Shown: positions 1 to 9,785, numbered from the stretch's first letter. The stretch is DNA of 64,000 bases from an uncultured Pseudomonadota bacterium (GCA_902785935.1 CADAAN010000006.1:4309-68308), one strand, 5' to 3'. Notes: a model not told the origin generated them from the letters alone. Translations and numbers: made by a program.

Positions 1-1
1 A

Positions 2-160
2 GCAAAATATAAAGATGTGATTGCAAAATACGGTAATGTTGATGTATTCGTTTTGCCTAACTTTGAATGTCATTTCACAAAGCACAAAGGGGTTGAGTGT
101 CCATATAAAGACGATGACAAGGTTTGGGTTTTTGACGGCTACTCTTATTGCAATTGGTAA
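2..160 (+). CDS. C-terminal fragment of a CDS truncated by the window start (hypothetical protein)
   Basis: Open frame from the window edge to TAA at 158-160 (AKYKDVIAKYGNV...GYSYCNW*), followed by a hairpin plus T-run. Confidence 0.3.
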   Translation, partial: AKYKDVIAKYGNVDVFVLPNFECHFTKHKGVECPYKDDDKVWVFDGYSYCNW

Positions 161-182
161 TCTTTATTATTGGATAAGTAAA

Positions 183-208
183 GGGAGCTTTTTACGGCTC
201 CCTTATTT
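183..208 (+). terminator. Rho-independent terminator
   Basis: gggagc/gctccc stem followed by ttatttt. Confidence 0.45.
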
Positions 209-288
209 TATGTTTGTTTTCGCAATTTAATAATTGCCTTTTTATATAAATTCAATTAGACTTCGAATTGTAATTGATAGCATGAAAT

Positions 289-1476
289 ATGGTAATGAAA
301 AAAATATACTATACAGGAAAAGGTGGGGCTTTTAGGCTTTTTGTGGCAGAAAACAAAACTGACATCTGTGTTGTCGATTTTAAAAATGCATTAACAAAGA
401 CAGAACAAATTTTTATTGAAGAATATGCCTCTAAAATAGGATTAAGAAATAATTTACGACCTTTCCAAAATTTAAATGGTGTATATCAACAGGAGTGGTA
501 CAAAATCACAAAGCATTTTCTTAAACATGTTTCTCAAAATGGCGGACAAATTTCAGATATATGCGGCGATATACTAACTTTAAATGACCTCTCAAAAGCA
601 TATTTTGCTACAAAAAAAATACAAAATAAGCTTTGTTTTTATAAAATTGTACAGAAAATAAACCCAGACTATTTATTACCAAATTGGAAAATTAATAAGC
701 TAGAAAATCAAAAAAATGAATATCCACTCATTATCAAATCCTGTCAAGGAAAGGGCGGTAAAGGAAATATCGTATGCTATTCTGATTCTGATTTTGATCA
801 GTGTCATAAAATTTTAAATTCCAAGCTGTTTGCAAAAAAGCAAGAAAATGGACAATACAATACCTCAAACAAAATAATCATTGAAAAATTTTATCCCAAT
901 GCGGTCAGCTATAATTGTAGCTTTTACTGCACAAAGCAAGGAAAAATAAAATTTCAAAAGATATCACAACAAATAATTGAGGAAGTATTTTATAGAGGAA
1001 ACATTTATCCACCCCTGTTAACAAAATCACAACAGGAAGATGTTACGGAAATCAGTGAGAAAATTTGTCATATTTGCCATTCAGATTATGGATATGTTGG
1101 TTGGTTGGGTTTAGATTTTATTTTGCTTAATGATAAAATGCATATCATAGAAGCAAACCCCCGTGTCAATAGTGTTACACATGCGCATAAATTCTCCAAA
1201 GGCAATCCTTTTCTTATCAGGCTGATGCGGCATAAAGCGATGCAATTAACGGAGATTTTTGATAAATTCATTCTTAACCCTGTTACCGGATATGGAATAG
1301 TTCCTTACCAAATACCTGATAATGAAAATGTTCTTCTCCTCTCTGCAAATTCCACTTTAGAAAAAGCAGAGAATGAATTGAAAAGATTTGCTCAAGCAAA
1401 TGGACTAGAAAATGTCACTCAAGAAAATATTCTATCATTTTCTAAATCTGTTTCTTATTATTATACAAAGCTATAA
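289..1476 (+). CDS. ATP-grasp domain protein (function unknown)
   Basis: Motifs PLIIKSCQGKGGKGNIV and GLDFILLNDKMHIIEANPRVNS resemble the ATP-grasp fold (RimK/carboxylate-amine ligase type). Confidence 0.45.
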   Translation: MVMKKIYYTGKGGAFRLFVAENKTDICVVDFKNALTKTEQIFIEEYASKIGLRNNLRPFQNLNGVYQQEWYKITKHFLKHVSQNGGQISDICGDILTLNDLSKAYFATKKIQNKLCFYKIVQKINPDYLLPNWKINKLENQKNEYPLIIKSCQGKGGKGNIVCYSDSDFDQCHKILNSKLFAKKQENGQYNTSNKIIIEKFYPNAVSYNCSFYCTKQGKIKFQKISQQIIEEVFYRGNIYPPLLTKSQQEDVTEISEKICHICHSDYGYVGWLGLDFILLNDKMHIIEANPRVNSVTHAHKFSKGNPFLIRLMRHKAMQLTEIFDKFILNPVTGYGIVPYQIPDNENVLLLSANSTLEKAENELKRFAQANGLENVTQENILSFSKSVSYYYTKL

Positions 1477-2155
1477 TAATTTCTGAAATACTTTGCTTAA
1501 CAATCGGATTTACATACTTTTTCTTCTGTCCGTTCATAAGAATTGTATTTTGTAACTCTTGATATAGGTTTTTGGAATTTATACCTAAAGTATTTGAAAT
1601 TTTTTCACTCCAGATATTAAGGGGCATTTCTCTGGTGAGGTGTAAATCAATATGTTCCCGTATAAAACGTGGATTTAAAAGCTTGTTTTTAATATGTTGT
1701 GTATAGAAAGTTATCCTCTTCTTACGATTTTCTTCGTCAAAATATTTTTTAAACTGCCGAGGAAGTTCTTGAACTTCTTCAGCATACTTTCCTTTGAATG
1801 ATAATAAAATATTCTTAAATTCAATTTTAGGATACGATTGAGATATTTGAGAAATCATCTCTATTTCATCAGTTCCGTTAATACAAAAAGCATATAGACT
1901 ATCTGAGATAATAAAATTTTCAACATCTTTCTTGCGAATTCCATAAGTTACTTCTTTATTGTACAAAAACAACTGATCAGGATGAAGTGATTGTTCATGA
2001 ACAATATATCTTTCCTCGTCATCTGATCGAATAGGCCGACTCGTTACTTGCGGAATAATAAAAATATTTGGATCTGACACACTTATTGCTTTTAAAAGTG
2101 TGCTCTTTCCGACACAGGACGTTCCCGTAATGGATATAAAGTACTTTTTATCCAT
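1442..2155 (-). CDS. P-loop kinase, guanylate-kinase-like
   Basis: Walker A ITGTSCVGKSTLLKAI followed by IPQVTSRPIRSDDEERYIV (GK-like TTRxxR region). Overlaps the NUDIX gene by 8 nt, consistent with an operon. Confidence 0.4.
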   Translation of the reverse strand: MDKKYFISITGTSCVGKSTLLKAISVSDPNIFIIPQVTSRPIRSDDEERYIVHEQSLHPDQLFLYNKEVTYGIRKKDVENFIISDSLYAFCINGTDEIEMISQISQSYPKIEFKNILLSFKGKYAEEVQELPRQFKKYFDEENRKKRITFYTQHIKNKLLNPRFIREHIDLHLTREMPLNIWSEKISNTLGINSKNLYQELQNTILMNGQKKKYVNPIVKQSISEIIIALYNNKKQI

Positions 2156-2576
2156 GGGCTTTTACACTAATTATCACAAAAGGAGTTGCATTGCATGACG
2201 TTAAGTCTTGTTTAAGAATCCATAATGCACCATTTGAATCTAAATCTGAAATATTTATATTCGGCTCTCCTTGTACTTGACAATCAAAAAGTATACCGGT
2301 ATGAATTAAACAGCCTGGCCTTCCATCATCTTCTGTAAAGTCCTCAAATCGTACAATTTCTTCTTTACGCGAGGTACAATCGACAAGTTTACAGCCTGTT
2401 TCTTCCATAATTTCTCGTCTTAATGTTTCAAGTTCCGTTTCTCCTTCTTCTGGAGATCCTCCCGGTAAATCATACATCCCAGTATAAGGCCCTCTTTTTT
2501 TTCTAATAAGTAATACCTTATTATTTTTTTCAATATACCCATATATTCCCTTATGTGTTCTAGTTATTTCTCTCAC
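2148..2576 (-). CDS. NUDIX hydrolase
   Basis: Nudix box GGSPEEGETELETLRREIMEETG (GX5EX7REUXEEXGU). Confidence 0.75.
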   Translation of the reverse strand: MREITRTHKGIYGYIEKNNKVLLIRKKRGPYTGMYDLPGGSPEEGETELETLRREIMEETGCKLVDCTSRKEEIVRFEDFTEDDGRPGCLIHTGILFDCQVQGEPNINISDLDSNGALWILKQDLTSCNATPFVIISVKAHG

Positions 2577-3546
2577 TATTTATCTCCTTTAAACGAAAAT
2601 TTACATTGCTGATTAGGTGATTAAGAGTCGTTATAAAAAATTTATGTAAAACAATTTCAGTAAATTTATGCATTTCATAACAATAATATTCTGTAGATAA
2701 AGCCATCTCAAATCCCTTATAACAAGCCAACACGTTTATTATATCATATTTTTTTTGGAAGTCATCTGTTTTATTTAATATTTGATAATGCTTTTTTAAT
2801 ATTTTTTTTTCTAACACTATGTCTGGTTGATCTGTATATTTTAAAAGCAGGTCAATTAAATCGTACAATTGGTAGTTATATCGAATAGAATCAAAATCCA
2901 AAAATTTATATTTATCTTTGCAAATCAAAATATTTTGAGGATTACAATCCCCATGAATGATGCCATAATTCCAACTATTTTTAACGATATAAGGCATTGT
3001 AACGGTTTCTAATAGCTTCAATTTATCATATATTATGGAATAAGATTTGTATCTGTTGTCTATAACAAGGCAGTTTTTAACATTAGACGTCCAGTAGTGC
3101 TGAATACGTTTTTGGCTATTTTGAATTTCTTTTTTTAGATTTAATATGCGTTTTCCCTGATAACCAGACATATGAAAATCTTGCATCAATTGTAAGTTTT
3201 TAATAAAATTTTCCGAAATCTGCCCTTGGGCTTTTTTATATAATATTACAGGTTTTGATGCAAACTGACTTATGGCGTCATTAAATTTGTTCAGATTCAA
3301 TTCAATACAGTAAAATTTTTTATATTGATTAAACAGCTTCAAAGATTTTTGTAAAAATTTTCTTGTTTTGGTTTCGTAAATTTTCATAATATACTGTTGA
3401 TTAATTTCCAACACAGTATTGTCCATTGCATTATTATAAATTTTTATCTCGCACGGTATAATATTATATTCTGATACCAAAAATTCAGATATATCGTTCA
3501 CTTTATAACTTGTAAAATTTCCATAATTATTACTGTTTAAAAACAT
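2560..3546 (-). CDS. Aminoglycoside/choline-kinase-like phosphotransferase (APH fold)
   Basis: Catalytic loop IIHGDCNPQNILI and downstream DFD motif. The start is uncertain: the ORF extends to 3657, and 3546 (MFLNSNN...) avoids a long overlap with the upstream GT gene. Confidence 0.5.
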   Translation of the reverse strand: MFLNSNNYGNFTSYKVNDISEFLVSEYNIIPCEIKIYNNAMDNTVLEINQQYIMKIYETKTRKFLQKSLKLFNQYKKFYCIELNLNKFNDAISQFASKPVILYKKAQGQISENFIKNLQLMQDFHMSGYQGKRILNLKKEIQNSQKRIQHYWTSNVKNCLVIDNRYKSYSIIYDKLKLLETVTMPYIVKNSWNYGIIHGDCNPQNILICKDKYKFLDFDSIRYNYQLYDLIDLLLKYTDQPDIVLEKKILKKHYQILNKTDDFQKKYDIINVLACYKGFEMALSTEYYCYEMHKFTEIVLHKFFITTLNHLISNVNFRLKEINSERNN

Positions 3547-4768
3547 AGGTGTTTTCCATTTGTTGTAAAATATCTGATAGTTTATACTTATCTTTAATAC
3601 CTTGTGCAATATGTACATTTGGTTCTGACAAACTTTTTTGTACAGCATAGACACCATTTTCTACGATTTCTGTGTCTGTATGACCATCGAATGGTATACC
3701 TAAATACTGTTCATTCATACACATTATCTCAGGACAGCCTCCACGAAAAAGATAAACGATATTTTTTCCGCTTAGACATGCTTCTATAAGTGCCCCTGGA
3801 AAGTTATCGTGCCTATATGTAAACAAAAAGGTATCGCACGCACTATATATAAATTTCAAATCCCCATAATTAAAATAACCGCATATATGGATATTGGAAC
3901 TATATTGTTTTGAAATCATCGCATTAAGTGCTTTTAATGAATATTTCTGGTTTAATGTCAATGAATTTCCATTTATTTCATAATGACCAAAAAAATAAAA
4001 ATGAACATTCTTATTTTTTGAAATAATTTTTTTTGCTATTTTAATAGCCAAATCAGTTCCTTTTCTGTATTCTAGGCTTCCAATAACGAATATATTTGTA
4101 TCTTTTTCATTTATTTTGTGATTTTTTATGTGTTGATTATAAAATGCGCAGGCCTTTTTTCTTGATATCAAAGAAGTATCTTCAAAATGATTGTTAATAA
4201 AGTTGGGTATAATGCATACAGGAATCGATGCTATTTCTTTTATAAGATTTCTGGTAAAATTATATACGTAATTAGTAGGTGCAGAAAGTATATCTGAATA
4301 TATAAGCTCTTTATGCTCTCTCTGAATTTGTAACTGTTCTTCTGCTGAAAAAGTTGGATGTAATTGTTTTGTTAATTCCAATATACTATGTAGTCTCGTT
4401 ATTTTTAAAACGTTAGTATTGTGTACATGACTGTATAGATTTGATAATATGCCCTCCCAATCCGGAGCTTCAATAATTAGTTTGTTGTGCGGGTTTGAAG
4501 TAACTAGTTTTACTATTTTTTCTGCTGCATGTTCAATTTTGAGAATTAGATTAGGTTTAGGTATGTAAAGTATACGGCAATTTCCTTCCCTAACCGAAAT
4601 AAAACGATTTGTTGGAGATTCAGTCAGCCATATCATATGCACATTTGGCCTGTTTTGTTGGAAAGCTTGATATAAAAGCCCTAAATATGTACCTATACCG
4701 CCTTTAACAAGAAGTCTGTGATCCTCAGTCGATACGATTAAATAAAATAAGCTAGATAAATTGTTCAT
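3530..4768 (-). CDS. Glycosyltransferase family 1 (GT4-like)
   Basis: N-terminal GGIGTY motif; C-terminal NFPGALIEACLSGKNIV typical of the GT1 EX7E region; GGAG ribosome binding site upstream. Confidence 0.55.
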   Translation of the reverse strand: MNNLSSLFYLIVSTEDHRLLVKGGIGTYLGLLYQAFQQNRPNVHMIWLTESPTNRFISVREGNCRILYIPKPNLILKIEHAAEKIVKLVTSNPHNKLIIEAPDWEGILSNLYSHVHNTNVLKITRLHSILELTKQLHPTFSAEEQLQIQREHKELIYSDILSAPTNYVYNFTRNLIKEIASIPVCIIPNFINNHFEDTSLISRKKACAFYNQHIKNHKINEKDTNIFVIGSLEYRKGTDLAIKIAKKIISKNKNVHFYFFGHYEINGNSLTLNQKYSLKALNAMISKQYSSNIHICGYFNYGDLKFIYSACDTFLFTYRHDNFPGALIEACLSGKNIVYLFRGGCPEIMCMNEQYLGIPFDGHTDTEIVENGVYAVQKSLSEPNVHIAQGIKDKYKLSDILQQMENTYVFKQ

Positions 4769-4880
4769 TTAATTCTCCAATCTTAATATGAAGATTAACT
4801 AATTCATATAAGAAAACAATTTTTTATTGACATTTATCCCGAAAATTGTATACGTTATTCTCCAAATAATGGAGATATTA

Positions 4881-6206
4881 ATGACTTTTTCATGTGGAAT
4901 TGACTTTGGAACAACAAATACTGCAGCAGCTCTATCGACAAGTAAAACCGAACCTACACTTATTCATTTAGAAGGTGATAGCGTAATAATCCCTAGTGCA
5001 CTATTTATCGGTATAGATAAAAAGATATATTTTGGCAAACAGGCAATGCAGTTGTATATGAATGGTGAAAACGGCCGTTGTATGCGTAGTTTGAAACGTG
5101 TGCTAGGTACAGATTTAATGATGTCTGGTACATATTTTAATAATAACAAAATTTCCTTTTCCGAACTTTTAAGTTGCTTTTTGAAAAACATAAAAAATAA
5201 AATTGATCTAGCGGCTGAAGCAAATGTTGACAGTGTTGTCTTAGGTAGACCTGTCCATTTTCAAGATAATAATCCGAACAGTGATATGCGTGCTGAAAAT
5301 GAACTGAGGCAAATAGCACAAAAAGCCGGCTTTAAAAATATAGAATTTCAATACGAACCGATTGCGGCCGCGTTTGCTCATGAATCAAAAATTACCGAAG
5401 AAAGTTTGGCTTGTGTTATTGATATTGGTGGTGGTACTTCCGATTTTTCAATTATTAAAATCGGACAACCACTTATGTTAAAAGTTGATAGAACAGATGA
5501 TATCCTTTCAAGCGTCGGTATTCGTATAGGAGGTAATGATTTTGATAAAGATTTGTCTTTGAAAGCATTCATGCCGGTATTTGGTTATCAAACACTACAA
5601 GGTGGACAAACACCTTACGATAAAGTCATGACTTTACCCACAATACCATTCAGAACAATGGCAGAATGGAGTTCTATCAACTCAATGTACACATATAAAG
5701 AACTTAATTTTGCAAAAAAAATGTTATTCAATGCTCAAGAAAAAGAAAAACTTCAGCGTTTTGTAGAATTAATTGAAAAGCAAAAAGGGTATTCCCTATT
5801 AAATACGGTTGAAAAAACAAAAATAAAATTAACTGAACAGTGCAAAATAAACGTACCATTGAATTTTATTTCTGATAAACCAGTTGTTCCTGTGTCAAGA
5901 CAAAATCTTAATGAATCTATAGAATTAGATGTCGCCCGTATTTTTAAGAAAGTAGATGAATGCTTTAGTCAAGCCGGCATCAAACCTGATGATATACAAT
6001 ATGTTATTTTGACTGGTGGTTCTACAGAAATCCCTTTAATTCAGAATATTGTTTCTCGTTATTTTCCGAATGCCGTTTTATCTCAAGACAACAAATTCTC
6101 TAGCGTAAGTATAGGTTTAACATACGACGGCATGCGAAGATTTTCAAAAAGAGAATCTTCTAAAGGATGTATGGTAGGTTCTCATACAGGATATTTAGGA
6201 CGATAG
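4881..6206 (+). CDS. Hsp70-family ATPase (non-canonical DnaK-like; HscC/YegD-like)
   Basis: GIDFGTTNTAAA phosphate-1 motif, DIGGGTSDFSII phosphate-2 motif, ILTGGSTEIPLIQ adenosine motif; GGAG ribosome binding site before ATG 4881. Divergent from the GT operon. Confidence 0.75.
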   Translation: MTFSCGIDFGTTNTAAALSTSKTEPTLIHLEGDSVIIPSALFIGIDKKIYFGKQAMQLYMNGENGRCMRSLKRVLGTDLMMSGTYFNNNKISFSELLSCFLKNIKNKIDLAAEANVDSVVLGRPVHFQDNNPNSDMRAENELRQIAQKAGFKNIEFQYEPIAAAFAHESKITEESLACVIDIGGGTSDFSIIKIGQPLMLKVDRTDDILSSVGIRIGGNDFDKDLSLKAFMPVFGYQTLQGGQTPYDKVMTLPTIPFRTMAEWSSINSMYTYKELNFAKKMLFNAQEKEKLQRFVELIEKQKGYSLLNTVEKTKIKLTEQCKINVPLNFISDKPVVPVSRQNLNESIELDVARIFKKVDECFSQAGIKPDDIQYVILTGGSTEIPLIQNIVSRYFPNAVLSQDNKFSSVSIGLTYDGMRRFSKRESSKGCMVGSHTGYLGR

Positions 6207-6213
6207 TGGTAGT

Positions 6214-7152
6214 TTATGCTTTATGTCTGTTGCCTGACACATAAGCCTGCAGGTCTTCCAAACGGTATTTAACCGTTCTGCCGATTTTAACAAACGGCAA
6301 CCGATCGGGATATTGCGTGCGCCAGCGTTCCAACGTGTTTGGTTTGAGCTTCAAATACTTGGCAGCTTCTTCTGTCGTTAACAGGTCAGACGGATGATCC
6401 GGAACATTTTCTTCTTCATCAAACAGCACATTTTTGCTTTGCTGTTTGAAAATCTTTTCTTCCAAACGTTCAATGGCGCGACTTTGTAACTTATAGCCCG
6501 TGCGCGTTAAAGCATCCCTTAAAATGCGATAACACATATCAATTCCCTTAAATCCGTCACATTCAAACTTAACATCTATATTGACTTTGTAACCGAAATA
6601 AACATCCGTGAACCAAAACTTGTTTTTAAAAACGGCATCTTGAAAATTAGTATCGCCATTAAAACAGTTGCCCAAAAATGAGACTTCCGTTTCAAAAACC
6701 GCTCTTGAAAAACTTATGCTGTGATCTTCATAAGTTCCCTGATTTTCCAATTCATCTCCACGAAAATAAAAATAGCCGTCTTTTGCAGGTTTCGTCTGAA
6801 TAAAGAAAAAGTCCAACTCTTTTTCGTAAATGATGTTGTTAAAGTTTGTGATGCCGTTAAAAACAGAACGTGTAAAACATGTATGTCCACAAAAGACGCT
6901 CTTTTCAAAGCTTGTATTACCCTTAAATTCGCATTGCATAAATTTCAAATTGACCTTAAAGATCGCTCGGCTTAAATCTAAATCATTAAATGTGCACTGA
7001 TAAAACTCAACTTCCGGCACACCACATTCAATAATGGCTTTGATTTCCTCGTTATCTACTTCGCTAAAATCAAGCGTATCAAAAAATGCCATTCCTTTTG
7101 CTCTGAAATAATCTAAATCAAAATGCTTTTCTTTGTTATAAGTCTTTGCCAC
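6214..7152 (-). CDS. Pentapeptide-repeat protein fused to a C-terminal excisionase-family (MerR/AlpA-like) HTH DNA-binding domain
   Basis: Repeated A(D/N)(L/F)xx pentapeptide-like units (CFTRSVFNGITNFNN, GNCFNGDTNFQDAVFKNKFWFTDVYF); C-terminal LLTTEEAAKYLKLKPNTLERWRTQYPDRLPFVKIGRTVKYRLEDLQAYV matches the excisionase/Xis HTH. Confidence 0.6.
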   Translation of the reverse strand: MAKTYNKEKHFDLDYFRAKGMAFFDTLDFSEVDNEEIKAIIECGVPEVEFYQCTFNDLDLSRAIFKVNLKFMQCEFKGNTSFEKSVFCGHTCFTRSVFNGITNFNNIIYEKELDFFFIQTKPAKDGYFYFRGDELENQGTYEDHSISFSRAVFETEVSFLGNCFNGDTNFQDAVFKNKFWFTDVYFGYKVNIDVKFECDGFKGIDMCYRILRDALTRTGYKLQSRAIERLEEKIFKQQSKNVLFDEEENVPDHPSDLLTTEEAAKYLKLKPNTLERWRTQYPDRLPFVKIGRTVKYRLEDLQAYVSGNRHKA

Positions 7153-7164
7153 GGTTCTGCTCCT

Positions 7165-7542
7165 TTACAAATCTAACACCTGTTTTAAGAGGTTAATTTG
7201 ATTTACAAATTTTTCTGGATTACTTTGTTGCAATCTTATCAAATTTTCTATTTTCCATCTAACACCGGAGAGTCTACCTACATTTGGTATAGTTGTGTTT
7301 TTCCATGCTTCATCCAATGAAAAGAAATCTATCAAAAATTGTTTATCATCGGGTGTTAAAGCTGATTTTACTTTGGAAACAAGTGTGTCAAAAGTGTTAT
7401 TGCAATCTTCCATGGTGAAGCTTTCATCACTCATTCCCTGAAACTCTTGTTCAAACTTTGTAGAAATATTTTGTTTATTTGGGGCTAATAATTCATGTGG
7501 AGGGCGATTATGTTGCAACAAACTTACATATTGTTCAATCAT
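7165..7542 (-). CDS. Hypothetical protein (island gene)
   Basis: ORF of 125 aa, start/stop-coupled to the upstream gene; no recognisable motif. Confidence 0.35.
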   Translation of the reverse strand: MIEQYVSLLQHNRPPHELLAPNKQNISTKFEQEFQGMSDESFTMEDCNNTFDTLVSKVKSALTPDDKQFLIDFFSLDEAWKNTTIPNVGRLSGVRWKIENLIRLQQSNPEKFVNQINLLKQVLDL

Positions 7543-8303
7543 TAGATTTCTCCAAAGTCTTCTATAACGATATTATATTTCTTATCTAATTTTCCGTTTT
7601 TGGTGATGATGCGCTTACCGGAACCTATGTTTATTTTATCTACTTGGATTTCAGTAAACCACGAATGATTTATTTTTTCTGCCATATAAAGGAATAAACG
7701 CTTTACTTTCACGGAAGAACAGTTTTCCAATAATTCTTGCATGAGTTTCGGACGAAGATTCACCAAAAGTTCAAGTGTTTGAAATGTTTCTTTCAAAGAT
7801 ATTATATTTGGAGCTAAATACAGCATTTCTAATATAGCTCGTTCCGGTGTTGAAACTTGCACAGAAAAGACATCGTGGACATCAGTTATTCCTAGCTCAG
7901 CAGGTAGAAAATCAGATTTTACCCACTGATACCTCTTGTTTTTAAAATATTCTACAAACCATTTTGGTTGCAAAACCTTATTACTGCTGAAAAGAAACCA
8001 TTGAAAGCCCTCTAATTGCACAAAATGGTTAAATCCGTGAAGCATAAGTGCACTTTTAGCTCCAAAATGAACATCCGAACCTAATTGCTTTTGCAAGGCA
8101 TAAACTGCTCCTCTTATGGTTGGTGTATCACCATATCTTGAAAACGCTCCGGTTCCTATTGATTGCAACCATTCGTTATTTTTATAGTACTGTTGCAAAT
8201 CGTTAGATATACCTAAACTCTTTAGCCATACCGAAGTAACAACAGCTCCTTGAGGTATCTGTTGCAACATTTGGTTTAAATATGTTTTTCTTTTCGTAGT
8301 CAT
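7542..8303 (-). CDS. Hypothetical protein, possibly AbiEi-like (COG5340) winged-helix regulator
   Basis: N-terminal QQIPQGAVVTSVWLKSLGIS...GTGAFSRYG resembles the AbiEi antitoxin N-terminal domain; weak. Confidence 0.3.
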   Translation of the reverse strand: MTTKRKTYLNQMLQQIPQGAVVTSVWLKSLGISNDLQQYYKNNEWLQSIGTGAFSRYGDTPTIRGAVYALQKQLGSDVHFGAKSALMLHGFNHFVQLEGFQWFLFSSNKVLQPKWFVEYFKNKRYQWVKSDFLPAELGITDVHDVFSVQVSTPERAILEMLYLAPNIISLKETFQTLELLVNLRPKLMQELLENCSSVKVKRLFLYMAEKINHSWFTEIQVDKINIGSGKRIITKNGKLDKKYNIVIEDFGEI

Positions 8304-8394
8304 ACTAATATCTTATTATTTAAAATAAACCTTGTCAAGTTTAATTTTATTACTAAAATCGTAGTTACACTACTAATACAACAATCAAAATAAA

Positions 8395-9552
8395 CTATTT
8401 TTTGCTGATTTGTATCATTTTGTTAATGGTATCGTTCAATTTATCGCGTAGGTGTTCAACACCCAAATTGACGTAAACTTGCGTGCTTTGCAGACTTTTG
8501 TGGGTTAAGGCTCGTTTTACCATAAAAGCATCAGCCCCGTTTGCTATCAGATATGTACCTAAGGTATGTCTAAGGTCGTGAATTCGGAAATTTGTTATAT
8601 TTGCCCTGCGCAATATAATTGCCCACGATTTTTTAATATCTACCACATGACCTGATTTTGAAGTCGGAGAATAGAATATCCAATCGCTTTGAGCCGATGA
8701 TTGTCTTTGATATAAAACCTTCATTGCTTCTTCAGCCAGAGCAATCGTTACATTCTCATCTGTTTTTGTTTGCGGAATTTTCCAAATCTTAGCAGACATA
8801 TCTATGTCTTCCCATTTCATTTCAAAAACATTTGATTTGCGAGCTCCGGTAAAGATAAGCATTAAAACAATGTCACGCACCAAATCATCTTCATAAGCGT
8901 AAACCGTTTCCATAAAGCGCTTGAGTTCATTATGCTCTAAATAACGCACACGGGCTTCAACTTTGTTTAATTTGACTGATAATGCAGGGTTCCGACCGTC
9001 AAAACGTTCTTCTTTGATTGCATAGTTGAACATTGTACTGATAAGCTTAATAAAATGATTTGCTATGTAATTGCCGTTTTTGACGGATATTTGCCGATGT
9101 AATTCGCGTAGCATATCGCCGGTTATTTCTTTTAGGTGTTTTCTGCCAAGTTTACACAGCTTTGAATTCCATATTCTTTTGTAATCTAATATTGTTTTTT
9201 GCGCAAGATATCTTTCTCTGTCTGTAATAAAATCATCGTATAACTGTTGCAATAGAGTATCTTGTTTATACTGACGCTTTGTAACGTTAGGGTTTTCTCC
9301 ATCATTCATTTTCTTGCGATTTGTAACGGCGGCAATTCTGGCTTCTTCTACAGTCATAGTCGGAGATTCGCCGAGTTTAACGCGAGTATCATGCCCGAGA
9401 ACTCTTTGTCGGATATAGAAACTTTTTGCCCCGTTCGGAGTTATTTGCAGCGACAGTTTAGGCTCTACCGTATCATAATAATAGGTTCTTTTCTTCGGTA
9501 TCGGTAAGTTTTTGATATTTGTGTTGGTAAACTTAAAATGATTAGCGTTCAT
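8395..9552 (-). CDS. int: Tyrosine recombinase / phage-type integrase
   Basis: C-terminal catalytic residues in the R...HDLRHTLGTYL...Y arrangement; N-terminal arm-binding region; adjacent to a tRNA-like att fragment. Confidence 0.9.
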   Translation of the reverse strand: MNANHFKFTNTNIKNLPIPKKRTYYYDTVEPKLSLQITPNGAKSFYIRQRVLGHDTRVKLGESPTMTVEEARIAAVTNRKKMNDGENPNVTKRQYKQDTLLQQLYDDFITDRERYLAQKTILDYKRIWNSKLCKLGRKHLKEITGDMLRELHRQISVKNGNYIANHFIKLISTMFNYAIKEERFDGRNPALSVKLNKVEARVRYLEHNELKRFMETVYAYEDDLVRDIVLMLIFTGARKSNVFEMKWEDIDMSAKIWKIPQTKTDENVTIALAEEAMKVLYQRQSSAQSDWIFYSPTSKSGHVVDIKKSWAIILRRANITNFRIHDLRHTLGTYLIANGADAFMVKRALTHKSLQSTQVYVNLGVEHLRDKLNDTINKMIQISKK

Positions 9553-9746
9553 AAGCCCCTCTGTCGTATAGTAATTGTTTTCCGGTGCCGCACTGGTGCC
9601 GCATATTTAAACAAATTTTATCCAATTTAATAAAACTTGTCAAGTAAAATTTTTAAAAATAATATAATAAAAACAAACACATAAATGCATTTTCATAAGA
9701 GATATGATTTTCTAAATAAAACATAATATCAATTACTCTTAATCAG

Positions 9747-9779
9747 TGGGTCCGGGGTTCGAGCCCCCGTGCGCGTACC
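9747..9779 (+). other. tRNA-like 3' half (T-arm plus acceptor 3' strand plus CCA) without a matching 5' half; att site of the island, possibly derived from a tRNA or tmRNA 3' end
   Basis: cgggg-ttcgagc-ccccg T-arm, tgcgcgt acceptor strand, discriminator a, cca. The upstream sequence is AT-rich and cannot form the D-arm or anticodon arm. Confidence 0.6.
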
Positions 9780-9781
9780 AA
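9763..9781 (+). repeat. att core direct repeat, copy 1 (cccccgtgcgcgtaccaat)
   Basis: 19-bp match (1 mismatch) with 9931..9949. Confidence 0.6.
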
Positions 9782-9785
9782 TAGA

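Larger units (their letters stand above)
1..9781. mobile_element. Integrated element (genomic island) with a tyrosine integrase at its right end, bounded on the right by a tRNA-like 3' fragment (att core); the left end lies outside the window
   Basis: Integrase 8395..9552. The 19-bp core cccccRtgcgcgtaccaat occurs twice (9763..9781, 9931..9949); the first copy sits inside a partial tRNA-like 3' half. The cargo genes are unrelated to the flanking housekeeping loci. Confidence 0.5.

Noticed and set aside
1086-1271. 61-aa antisense ORF inside the ATP-grasp gene and other small ORFs (3604-3789, 4964-5572, 6714-6975)
   Set aside because: Embedded within longer, better-supported genes on the opposite strand.
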